Positions 10,901-21,223 of a stretch of 64,000 nucleotides of DNA are shown piece after piece. Every line of letters begins with the position of its first letter. Positions within the stretch are counted from its first letter, which is position 1. The DNA lies in assembly GCA_025594325.1 (NCBI GenBank), contig JANHCV010000001.1, forward strand, positions 62,001 to 126,000. The letters are read 5' to 3'. A program made the translations under genes and the position numbers. Source of the stretch: Blastocladiella emersonii ATCC 22665. Its lineage: Eukaryota > Fungi > Blastocladiomycota. The notes under the pieces are model-generated. The model ran no database searches. It was not told the origin of the DNA and saw only the letters and a program-made list of their open reading frames with translations.

Positions 10901-13108
10901 AAACAGTCAAAGAAGTGAATTCACGATTGTGATGAACACGGGGGTAGGGAAGAAGACGAAAGACAGAAGTGGATCAAATCGGTCATGACTCCGCTAGATG
11001 ATGCTTTCTATGGTGCCAACCTTGTTGCATAGAGTTACAGGATAGATTGTATCAGAGTATTTAGAGAAGAGTGAGGAGAAGATTATTCGAGCGCGACCGA
11101 GACGCGTTGCGACGCGTGTTGATGGGAGTGGCAGAAAAGTCAGGCGTGCCAAATGGCCCAGCTTGAGCGCGAATTCAGCTCCACAGAAACTCAGCCTACT
11201 GCTGAGAACCTGCTGGTGCTATGGCGCCCGCTGCTGCTCTTGGCCTCGCTGGCGGCGGTGATGGCGAGCGCGACCTCAAGGACGCTATGGAGGAGACCCT
11301 TAAGGGCGGCGGCGTGTTCCTCAGGCTCACCGGCAACGACGTCAAGGACCCTCGCAAGACCGCGCAGTATGCCCTCGTCTGCTTGCTGCAACCTCTCGGA
11401 CTTGTGGTGCTGATAACAAACGAACGTATGGTTCTGGGAGGCGTCTTCGCGACGCTCAAGCAGGCCGTCCCTGACAGGCCCGCCTTCACCAAGTTCGCCC
11501 GCGAGCTGCTGCTGGAGCTGGCACCAGAGCAGTCCAACACGGCCACGGGTGCGCACGGCGCGACGTCGGCTACCTTTGCACTGGCCGCTGCCACCACTTC
11601 CTTGTTGTCAGCGGCCACTGCTGCTGAGCTTGACGCCAAGCTCTGCGAGGACGGTATCCCCGAGGTCGCGCTCTACACCTCCACCGTGGTACGTTGTCCA
11701 ACTGGTTTACCTCCAGGTCCTGGTGCTGACCAATTGATCTCTGTCCAGACTGGTGGTCTCGTGAAGGTTGAGCCTCCCGGCGCCGATACCAACCCTTCCT
11801 TGTCGTCTGTTCCCCCTGTCGCTGCGCCAACAGCCGCCCCGGCTGTATTGACGTTGGCCCCTGTCCCGCCCAAGGCGTCCAAGCGCGCGCGCTCGGCGTC
11901 CATGGGTGCCAAGGCCAATAAGCGCGCGGCGTCCGCCGCAGCTGTCGCTGCTGCTGATCCCGCTGCTGCCGCCGCCGCCGAATCTGACTCCAAGGACCCC
12001 CGGAACAAGGTGCGTAACCTCTCTCTTTCCTCGCCCTCAACCTCCCACTGCACTCCGCTGATCGCCACGAATGGACCAGACGGGCCTGTCCGATTTTCCT
12101 CGGGTCACCAGGAGAAATTGGACAGGCCGGTCTGATTTTCCTTGGGTCGCCTGGAGAAATCGGACTGGCTGGTCCGATTTTTCTTAGGTCACCTGGAGAA
12201 ATCGGACCGGCTGGTCTGATTTTCCTCGAGCGTCACCATCATCACTTGACCATCCAATGACGACTTGTACTGACCAACGTTCACTTGATTCATCCCAGGC
12301 CATGCTCGAGACCACGATTGGAGGAGTGATTGCCTGCGCGCAGCTGGGCGTCGGCATTGTCGCCAACACCGAGTTCATGCAGTCCAAGGCCGCGCTCACT
12401 CCCGAGTCGATCCGCAAGGAGCTCAGCAGTGGCAACCCCGTGCACAAGATTGTCAAGATGGGCGCTGACCGTGCCCTCGCCCGGTCCAGTGTTTTGGGCG
12501 TTTCCGAGGCTGTGCGCATGTTTGTCGAGCTCGTGGGGTGCTCCCAGAACCTCAAGGCCCTTGTCAACAAGTACCCCCAGCGCAATGTCATGGTCGGTGA
12601 TCTCGCCTTCCTGTTCTTTGCTAAGAGGACGGCCAATCCGAAAGCGACCCCGCTCGCCAAGGAAACCGCTCTCAAGCGCACCTTTCTACCATTTTTCAAA
12701 CTCCCTCACATCTTGAAGCGCCTCCCCCCAACGAGTTCCGGCGAGTCCCAGGCTCGCTTTTGCTATATCTCGTACTGCTGCATGGCCACGGTCTTGCACA
12801 TTGTGGTCGGGCCAGCTCTTGTCCCCATCATCCTCGGCAAGCTTAGTTCCGCCACTTACTCGTCCTTTGGGAACAAGTTTGCCACCTTGTACACGTCCCT
12901 GATGGGCCTGACTGAGGCTGACATTGTCTTCCTGCGCGCGGAGCTTGAGAAAGTCGCCCCAGCGGCTGACTACAAGCCGCTCTTCCAGTTCCAGAAGACC
13001 CTGGACGTTGATGGCAAGGAGCACAACACCATGGACATCATCACCAAGGCGTTCCATGAGCTGTCCTCAATCAGTCTCCCTGCCGAGATCCCTGCTCATT
13101 GGCTTTGA
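7911..13108 (+). CDS. Unknown second gene of the hAT unit, split by Helitron2 insertion (7911-8300, 11209-12009, 12299-13108)
   Basis: Removing 8301-11208 joins ...ACT GCC CCA|CCT GCT GGT GCT ATG in frame (TAP|PAGAM). Phase-0 intron 12010-12298 (GTGCGT...CCAG) joins in frame to the 12257-13108 ORF. No recognisable domain. Confidence 0.7.
8301..11208 (-). mobile_element. Helitron2-type element with internally deleted RepHel
   Basis: On the minus strand it starts TTCTCAGCAGTAGGCTGAG (5' hairpin) and ends GCCTACTGCTGAGA-cag-AGTGTGCAACGCACAC-acccCTAG followed by T. The 14-bp ATIRs are at 11194-11207 and 8328-8341. RepHel remnants lie inside in the same orientation. Confidence 0.85.
8371..10800 (-). 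pseudogene. Helitron Rep/PIF1-helicase remnant
   Basis: Rep tail YHITNYVAK, DHYMHRPSELKSISLYDF and MILFKTFR motifs. PIF1 motifs VLIDEISMV, FGGLHVLAFGDFFQF and QQMRQ. No HUH motif, Walker A or helicase C-terminus seen; frameshifts present. Confidence 0.85.
12085..12230. repeat. Palindromic repeat array in the intron of the hAT second gene
   Basis: About 4 units of GGAGAAATCGGACCGGCTGGTCYGATTTT, an inverted homologue of 4341-4430. Confidence 0.85.
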
Positions 13109-13287
13109 GTCGTGCTGCTTTCAATGTATTTGTGTTCTTAGTTCACTTTGAATAGCGTGGTGCAAAGACTTGCTGCTGAACCTTGACTTTACAAGCGATT
13201 AGTGCTGAATCTTGAGTTAGCGTTGAGAAATATGCTCAAGCGTGCAGGATAACCCTCAATACTGGAATGTTATGAGGTGGTGCGCCA

Positions 13288-13575
13288 CGATACCCATAAA
13301 CATGATTGCTGGGATGTATAGCGATAGGGGATACCGATACTTGGAATTTTTGAGTTGCGCCTGAGGAGCGATACCGATACTTGGAGTTATTGAGATGCGC
13401 CTCAGGAGCGATACCGATACTGACGGGTGCGCGTGGGACGATACCAATACTGCCCCCGGAAGCGCCAGGAATGGCGATATTTTGGGGGGCGATACCGATT
13501 TGTGCTCTACTGAGCTCGCAGCTACGCTCGCCAATACCAATACTGGTCCTATTCGCGGAAACCAATACCAATACT
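13288..13575. repeat. hAT right subterminal GATACCGATAC/AATACCAATAC cluster
   Basis: Many GATAC/AATAC copies immediately inside the right TIR. Confidence 0.8.
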
Positions 13576-15078
13576 GTGGACCCGAACTGACCGCGGCAAC
13601 TCTAAGGAGGCGTACCCGCTCGCCGTGATCGTGGCAGCAACCAACGCGACTGCGCGGGCCGTTCAGCGCTGATGCGGGGCGCGCGAGCTACGGGATCGCG
13701 ACGAGAGCGAGTGAGACACACTGCGCGGGCGCGGATGTGCGAGAGACGGCGAGCAGGGCGGCGGCGGAGCGGCATCCACGTCGGTCTTGGGCCCATCACC
13801 ACGAGAGGTGGGCGGGCGGGCGACCAACGTTGCCGCCGCGCGTGTGCGCCGTGACGAGCGGGTCGCGGGGACGCGCACCGTGACGTGGAGCCAAGCGTGC
13901 GAGTGCGGGTGCGCTTCGTCGTGTAGCGTTAATCGGTCGGGCGGCAAGCTCCACTTGGTCGGCGGGCGCGGGTTGAGTGTGCAGCGACGGCGGCGTGGAG
14001 CGGCGGATGGGATGGCGGCGGCGGCGAGCGTGTGCAGGAGCGTCAGTCGGTGCAAGGGGACCCGCCCGCTTATGTAGGGGCCGGGCGGGAGCGAGCGAGC
14101 AGGGGGCGGGGGCGGGTGGCTGCGGAAGCGCAGAGTCGATCGCCGAAGCGCCGAAGCGGCCAACGCGCAGCGCGCTGATCAAAAAACGCGCATCACGTGT
14201 TTTTGCGACGCGTCTCGCACTGTCTCGCGCGTCCGCCCCGAGCCGCACCCGACGCGTCCGCGCCACCACGGACCACCATACACGATGCAGAAAACAATCG
14301 TAACAACTCAAACTTCAGTCCTCGCGTTTGTTAAGAAACAGAACGCTCCGCCGCGCAGTCTCGTCACGGACCGCAACTCGCAATACGTCTTGGTGCTCGC
14401 GCGCAACCTACTAGCCACCCTCACAGACACACCACCAGGAGCTCTCTATCATCACCCGCACCAACGGTACTGCTGGCCGGGGCTGTGGGGCGCGGGTCAA
14501 AGCGGGCATGAAGCAGACCGCCTCGAGTTGACCTCAGCGAGCTTGCGGATCCGCTCCTAAGAGATGTCTAACATACCAAACGTGTCAGGAAGTTCAACGT
14601 CGGGCACCGAAGTGACGCGAGTGTTGCGGACGGAAGGCCAGGAAACCATGGGTGGCGGCCGAGCGCGGCGGAGTCCTAAAGTGGAGCCCAAGACGGGAAC
14701 CAGCTGCTGGCCACGCCGACCACCGCGACGGTCGCGACTTCTCTCCCATACCTAACATGCTGCCGACGATAAACCTTCACCACTTACTGCAAATGTATAA
14801 ACAACATGAAAATGGCCTCTGCGTCGTGCCATTTGGTCAAATGAAGCTGTACCTCCTGCCAGCACGACGAGGCCGCCGCACAGCGCCACACTGGCCTTGC
14901 ACCATTGTTGCGGGCGGGTTCTGATCGGATATGACTCGGACAGCAAAGAGCCCATGTTGGGCGCGTCCGAAGCTATTTATGAAGCCTACGACCACGCCTC
15001 GAGGCGCCCACACTGCAATCCCCGCTGTTCCACTTTGCCAGCGAGGGCCGCTTCAAGCTTGCAATTTTCAAGGAGTGG

Positions 15079-16167
15079 ATGATGCTCGTCCGCGTGTGCC
15101 GCGTCCTGACGTTCCCGTCGCTGACGGTCGCCATGGCCGAGCGCGCAGTCGACGAGCTCCGCGAGTTCATAAAGGCGTTCGCGCGGCGGTTCGGCGCGCA
15201 CGCTGTCAAGCCCAACTTCCACCTCGTCCTCCACTACGCCGAGAGCATCTTGAACCACGGGCCCACGCCCAGCACGTGGCTCTTTGGCTTCAAGCGGTTC
15301 AACGGCGACTTCAAGAACCGCACTGTGCAGGCGCTCACGGTCGAGGTGTGCTACATGCGCAGCCACCTCCGCATGCAGCGGCTCGACCAGACGATCCGCG
15401 CCGCCGTGACCGCCGAGCCGCGCGTCGCCACGCTGCTGCCTGGCCGACGGGTGTCCGACTCGGATGACGCCCTTGTCGAGCACCAGAGCACGCGCGCGCG
15501 CCTGCTCCCCAACAACCTCGCCACAGCGTTCAAGGCGTTTGCGCGCGCGGTGCTCCGCAAGCCCGACGGATTGGCCGCTATGACCACTTCAGGCGGGCAT
15601 TTGTGGTTCATCCGCACCCTGCGACTCGACGGCATGGTGCTCAACCGCAGCCCTTCCACGACCGCCTCGTCCGTGTTCCACTCTGCGACGCTGTCTGGCG
15701 TTCCGCTCCAGTGCGGCAAGAACGCCGTCGTCCGCAGCGTGATCCCAACGACGGTGGCCAACGCGGTGTTTGCTGTTCCTGGCGCGTTCCCTGCGCTGCC
15801 GCGCTCCGCGCGCTTCGTGGTGCCTAACGCGGACGCGGACTCGGCCATATCGTCGATTTTGGGCTACATCTCCAACTTTTTCAAGCTCGGCGGCGTCGTG
15901 TTCGCCGCGCTGTCGCCAATCCCCGTGCGCCCGGTGCACCACCACCGGATCAACAAGCAGGACAGGGCGCGAACGGAGACGGCAGGCCTCGGCCGCGCGT
16001 GCTACGTCCCCGTCGCGCAGCTGATCGTCGTACCGGTCCGCGCTCCTCGCGACCGCGTGTGCGTGTGCCCTGGCGAGCAGCGGCCACCACTGGCGGCTCG
16101 CGACGCGCCCGCCGACAATGAGCTTGTGTGGACCATCTATCCCGATCCCGCGGCACAGCGAGCTTGA
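15079..16167 (+). pseudogene. CMC (CACTA/Mirage-like) transposase C-terminal fragment
   Basis: FIKAFARRFGAHAVKPNFHLVLHYAESILNHGPTPSTWLFGFKRFNG matches the H-x2-H...GP...W-x-F-x-x-ER-x-NG motif, with Glu read as Lys (15292). The N-terminal catalytic part is not seen. Confidence 0.75.
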
Positions 16168-16365
16168 CACGGCTGGCGCGGGCGATCCGGCCATGGAACC
16201 GCATGGCGGGACAGGAGCGGGGGCCAACGGTGGCAACGACGTTAACTGACGCAATGTATAACTGTTTCTGCTGCTCATTCAGCGCAGTATCGACCCATCA
16301 GCGAGCTGATCAGACGGTGAAACTGCTGATCGTCGCCGCGACCAGCGATCCGACCACTAAGTGCA

Positions 16366-16573
16366 GCAAAGTAACTTTGCGCTCCGTGTCCCAAGACACT
16401 TTGCACGCGGGTGCAAAGTAAACGTTTCCAAAGTAATCTTGTTCAAAGCCACAAAGTAATCCCTTGCGCAAAGTAACTTTGCATTACTTTGTTGGCCCAA
16501 AGTTACTTTGCAATCTTTTGCGGGTTTGCTTTGTCACTGCCACAAAGGAACTTTGCCCCGCCTGTTCACTGTG
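16366..16573. repeat. Subterminal CAAAGTAA/TTACTTTG repeat field ending in CTGTG (probable right end of the CMC element)
   Basis: About 10 GCAAAGT(A/T)A-like motifs in both orientations. The terminus CACTGTG is CACAG.. on the minus strand. No left end found. Confidence 0.55.
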
Positions 16574-16639
16574 TAAGAGTGAGAGATCAGGTACACAGAG
16601 AGTATTCCGACGTCGAACTGTACCCCAGACGATTTTAGT

Positions 16640-16855
16640 TGAGTTGCATAGAGTTAGAGGGTAGATTTATTAAGAGGATTTGGAGAAAATTAAGGAGAAG
16701 ATAATTCGAGCTCGACCGAGACGCGTTGCGACGCGTGTTGATGGGAGTGGCAGAAAAATCAGGCGTGCCAAATGGCCCAGCTTGAGCGCGAATTCAGCTC
16801 CACAGAAACTCAGCCTACTGCTGAGAATAAGTGTGTGCGCAGCACACACACCTAG
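16640..16855 (+). mobile_element. Helitron2-family terminus (ATIR + GTGTGTGCGCAGCACACAC hairpin + CTAG)
   Basis: GCCTACTGCTGAGA at 16813-16826, hairpin 16831-16849, CTAG 16852-16855. 16640-16828 is a direct homologue of ~11020-11208. Confidence 0.75.
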
Positions 16856-17659
16856 CTATCTAGGGGTTTGGAGTGCGTGAAAATCATCGGAAATCGTGGA
16901 TCGCAAATTGTGCGGCCAGCTGCAAATTTGCGCTCAATTCTTGTGCCGGCTCGGGTGAGGGTCGAAATCACGAATATATGTTCCCGGTGAATGTTATACA
17001 TGAGTGTGATGGGGGAGGTCAAGGGGATTTCTCGCTGGTGGTCGCGGTGGTCGGAGTTGCTCTTGAAGAAAGTTGGACTTTTCACCACAACGGCTCAGTC
17101 GATTGCGCTGTTCTCGACGGCAATAACCTGGCCGTACTGAGAGATGCAAAATATTTGTCGAAGCGTTGGGGTGTTTGGAAGCTGGGGGTCGAAAAAAAAA
17201 AACTGACGATCGGATTCTCAATGCTAACGCGTGGCCGGGGTGGATTCAGGAAACTAACTTTTGAAAGTCATTCACCACAGCAGCGAGTAGGATTTGACAT
17301 GCAGAAATATATTTTGCGTTCAGAGGAGCACGAAAACGATAGACACTGTTAGAATTCATTTGGTCACAAAACGAGTACAGCATTAAACCCAGCGGGTAAA
17401 CAGGCCTTCCCCAGGCGACAAACCTTGGTTACAAGCCGGTATGCTACCTTTACTTCGGTAGTTAACCCATAGCCGACCGGGGTTTGGCACACCAGCGTCC
17501 CCGGACTTAGCTTCTTGAAACAGGAGCCGCCGCACCGCACAAAACTCACCTTAGCCTAGCCCCGATTTTTTTTCACCTCGCTGTCGCTCACCGCTGTTCC
17601 TCTCTCCCCACCAAAAATGTTGGACGCCCAATAACATTCATTGCGCCGTCCGCAATCCA

Positions 17660-18760
17660 CTACAACATCTCACGATCATTGACTGACATGAAGATTTCCT
17701 TGGGACTGGTGTGGCGGGACAAAGCATATCGATTCGTCGTCTCCTTGCACATGATCTGCAGGAACGAGTCGCCGTTGTGGCCCTTGTGGCTGATGATCGT
17801 GAGGAAGACCACGTACGGCTTGATCGAGTCAGAGTTCTTGGCGGGCGTGGCCGTGGGGAGCGGCGTCTCGCCCACATTTGGCGAGCGACGGCGACCTTGG
17901 GGGCGGGGAGCGCATGCGCTTATGCGCGGGCCGTCGCCTTGGCGCCCCGTTGAGGGCATCGGCTTGATGAGGCGGTCGGTGAAGCCGAGGTCGCTGGTCT
18001 TGTCTACTAGCACTTCTGGATCACGAAGTAGATGATGGTCCAGCTGAGGACGCCGTCGCCGACCTCGAACGTGAGCTTGCACACGCCGCCGCCTGGGTCC
18101 TTCTCTTGATCGCCGTCTTGCCGGCCTTTGTCGCGCGTTTCGACGGACAGCGTGGGCCCTGTGTAGGTCAGCTCGCGTCAGTGCATGTCGCGCGGGCCCA
18201 GTGTAGTGAGCTGACGCACCGTGTTCTTCTTCGTCGTCTGAACCAGGCAAGTTGGCCATGTTGCGGACGTCGCCGTCGTCGAAACCCGCCGCACCGTTCT
18301 GCGAGAAGGGTGCACCGGCGGCGCTAGCACTGAGACCTTCATCAGCAACGGCTGCGTCAGGCGGTCGAGACCGCGCGCGCGCCGCGGTGGCCCGGTGCGC
18401 CCTGCGGGCCTCGAGGTCGGCGGCCTTGGACTCTTGTTCGTCGTCGTTGCTGCCAGAACTCTCCTCGTCGTCGCTACCGGGGTCAGAGTCCGACGGCGAG
18501 ACAGGGCGAGCAGGAGCAGGTTGGACGGCGAGAGCCACGGCTGCGGATGACAAAGATGCATGCGATTCGACGCAGCGACGCTTACCCGGCGCAGGTGGCG
18601 GGTCCAATGGCGTAGACCGTGGCGAGGCGAGTGGCGACGATGTCGCGGGGACGCGAGGAGCAGCGAGGTGGGACGACGGCGGGTCCCGCGCAAGCGCGTG
18701 CTCACAGGCCCCAGCTTGGCGTAGGCCGTCTTGTTGATAACATGATATGTTGTTGATGGT
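17660..18760 (-). CDS. Hypothetical protein or gene relic, acidic/low-complexity N-terminal part
   Basis: Long open frame with gene-like GC3 bias (PVSPSDSDPGSDDEESSGSNDDEQE...KPYVVFLTIISHKGHNGDSF). Start unclear; no family recognised. Confidence 0.3.
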   Translation of the reverse strand, partial: TINNISCYQQDGLRQAGACEHALARDPPSSHLAAPRVPATSSPLASPRSTPLDPPPAPGKRRCVESHASLSSAAVALAVQPAPARPVSPSDSDPGSDDEESSGSNDDEQESKAADLEARRAHRATAARARSRPPDAAVADEGLSASAAGAPFSQNGAAGFDDGDVRNMANLPGSDDEEEHGASAHYTGPARHALTRADLHRAHAVRRNARQRPARRRSREGPRRRRVQAHVRGRRRRPQLDHHLLRDPEVLVDKTSDLGFTDRLIKPMPSTGRQGDGPRISACAPRPQGRRRSPNVGETPLPTATPAKNSDSIKPYVVFLTIISHKGHNGDSFLQIMCKETTNRYALSRHTSPKEIFMSVNDREML

Positions 18761-18776
18761 GGTTAGGGTCTTTCTT

Positions 18777-21223
18777 TTCTCAGCTGTAGCTTTAGCGAAG
18801 CTGAGTTTCTGTGGGAGCAATTGAAACCTATCAGGCACATCAACCTTGCTCTTGTGGTCACATGAGTGGCTCAGTGACCGTTTTCGATTTTCGTCGCGCG
18901 ACGAGTTCCGTTGTTTTTCGCTTTCACTTCATTCCGACCCCTGCAACGTAAATCTGGACTGTGCTTTGCCTAGTCCCCAACAGTTCGAGGCTGTTCACTT
19001 CGAGGGGAGCGAGGTCCTGTGCAGCGGTTCCCGTGCGCAGGCGCGACAAGACGGACCTCGCTCGAAACTGACTGTTCAGCATCACGTGACCTGACATCAA
19101 TCCTGTCTGGCTGCATTTTCGCGCCCTCGGAAGCTCTCCCACTCCACGCCCGCTCGCTCGCGCTTGCCGCTGCTCGTCGACGCTCTTTGAGACCTCCTGT
19201 GCTGACCAGCTCTTTACCCGCCACTCCTACCCCATGCAGCGCTTAATACTTCGCGATCCGGCGTCTGCCTGGCCGCCATGCGGCCACATATAAAGGCGCG
19301 CGGGCCGCCGCTGACAGTCCTTGCTCTCCTCCACCACTCGCAACACCATGAACTTCTCTCCCACGTTCTCGCTGCGCTGCTTGTCGCGCTTCACGGTTCT
19401 CTCCGAGCTTCCGTCTCCGCCGTCGAGCCCCTTCCTCTTCTTCAACATCGAGATCCCCGTCCGCTACTCGCCTGGTGTTCCCCTCATCAACGCCAACGCC
19501 TCGACCGATCCGCTTGGCTTGCTGCAGGCCACGGCCGTCACGTACCGCGGCAGCCTGCTCGTCGGCAACTTGTACAAGGCCGACGGCTTCATCAAGATTG
19601 ACGTGTGCCCGTCCGTGACGGCTCCAACCTTCGACGCCCCCAAGACGCTCGTGTTCTACCCGATCGCTTCCAGCCTGCTCGGTCAACTCGACCCCGCCAT
19701 CCGCTACCCTGACCCCGCAATCATCAGCAGCCTGTTCACCTTCGGTTCAGTCGTCCTCATTGATTCGTTCCCTCACCGCGCTCACACACATCTCCCACTT
19801 CTAGGCGGCGGCAAGACGTTCGCCATGTGCCAACCCACGCTTGAACTGGCCCAGCCCATGACCATCATGAACAGCACGTTGCAGTTCCTCGACCCGACGC
19901 ACCGCGGCCAGCCTGCTCCCCGCACAACCACGTGGTCCATGAGCTGTGTGATCCCGACCAACCGGTACGTCCTGATCCGCTGTTCGACTCTTCTGCGAAT
20001 CTTCTCACTCACGAATCGATGTGCAGTGTGCATGGCAGTAAGGGCCTGTGGGTGACGGGCAAGACCATGCTCGTCTCTGGCCCGCTGTTCTGCGGCTTCG
20101 AGGGTGCGGCTAACGACGACCACTTCACCATGTCCTCGTCCGTCGCCTTCTTCATCACCAAGATGCGGTCGGTCGCCACTGCAACGGCTCCGCCTCCTTC
20201 GCAGGGCCCCAACGGTCCGCCCATGTTCACGGCCGGTCCCTCGTCGCCTGCCAAGATGGTTCCCAGCGCTGCGGCCGCGCCCGCTGCGCTCGTCCCGCTC
20301 ATGGCCGCGTGCACCACCCGCTCGCCGACTTCCACCTTGGCGTCCGTCAACGCGCTGTCGGGCGGCACCACGTCGGGCAGCACCACGTCCAGCAGCGCCA
20401 CGACGCCGTCGGGACCCGCGGCGTCGGCCGTTGTCCAGGAGCTTGACTGCAGGAGTGGGACGACGTTGGCAGCGAGTCCAACATGACCGTGGTTCCCACG
20501 TCGTCGTCTGCCGTGACCAAGAACAAGAACATCACCAAGATCGTTGTCGACTCGGAGGCTGATGAGGAGGTCGACGCCGACGAGGAGGAGAGGGAGTGCG
20601 AGTTGGGCCCGTCGTCGTAGTCAAGTCGCGCGCGCAAGATGGCCACCAAGGCCAAGGGCCGCGACAAGAACAAGACGGTCAAGACCCCGCCGGCCTCGCC
20701 CACCAAGCGTACCCGCACGTCAGCCATCAAGGGCAAGTCCGGCGCTGCCGTCCCTGCCGCCCAAGACAACGACGAGGCCGACGACGACGACTCGGCGACC
20801 CCGCCGGCCTCGCCGACCAAGCGCGCGCGTCGCGGTCCCGCCAAGGGCAAGCGCAAGGACCGCTTGGCCTGATCCTGATCCTGTTCCTTCCTTCGTTTCT
20901 TTCGAAAATACTTCCGCTGTCTGATATATTCCAAACTCTTTTTCTTCCAACTGGTTACTACTCGAATTTGTGAGGTGCTCGTCGACTGGCGAGCTCAAAG
21001 AGTTTACCCCTGAACTCTGAGAACGCGTTTCAAAGACGCGTTGCGTGACGCGCCGCGTCGGCGCTCGCGTTCGTGTTCTCACAACTGTGACGCGCGACGC
21101 GCAACGCGAAGAGCCCTCGCTTCTCTGTGCTCTCTCCCAAACCCACGATACACTCGGTCAATCTCAAGAAGCCAAGTAAAGCTACAGCTGAGACCCAAGT
21201 GTGTGCGCAGCACACACACCTAG
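18777..21223 (+). mobile_element. Non-autonomous Helitron2-type element with cargo gene
   Basis: Starts (T)TCTCAGCTGTAGCTTTAGCGAAGCTGAGTTTCTGTGG. The 17-bp ATIR 18778-18794 matches TAAAGCTACAGCTGAGA 21177-21193, followed by hairpin 21199-21217, CTAG 21220-21223, then T. Inserted in a T run. Confidence 0.85.
19348..20872 (+). CDS. Spliced cargo gene of unknown function (beta-rich N-terminal domains, basic/acidic tail); 3' part disrupted
   Basis: ATG at 19348; in-frame introns 19745-19804 and 19965-20026; tail with repeated TPPASPTKR motifs; stop/frameshift in the 3' part. Confidence 0.55.

Larger units (their letters stand above)
2108..13604. mobile_element. hAT-family DNA transposon unit (transposase plus divergent second gene, with nested Helitron2)
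   Basis: 13-bp terminal inverted repeat TAGAGTTGCCGCG (2108-2120) / CGCGGCAACTCTA (13592-13604). Both ends carry clustered GATAC/AATAC subterminal motifs, and a hAT transposase lies inside. No matching 8-bp TSD (AGTTGACT vs AGGAGGCG). Confidence 0.7.

Noticed and set aside
2100-13612. 8-bp target-site duplication for the hAT unit
   Set aside because: The flanks AGTTGACT and AGGAGGCG do not match, so no TSD is claimed.
14285-14560. PRSLVTDRNSQY segment resembling an LTR integrase core
   Set aside because: Similarity is short, with no other integrase, RT or LTR features nearby.
17360-17560. Structured ncRNA
   Set aside because: No recognisable snRNA, snoRNA, 5S or SRP motif.
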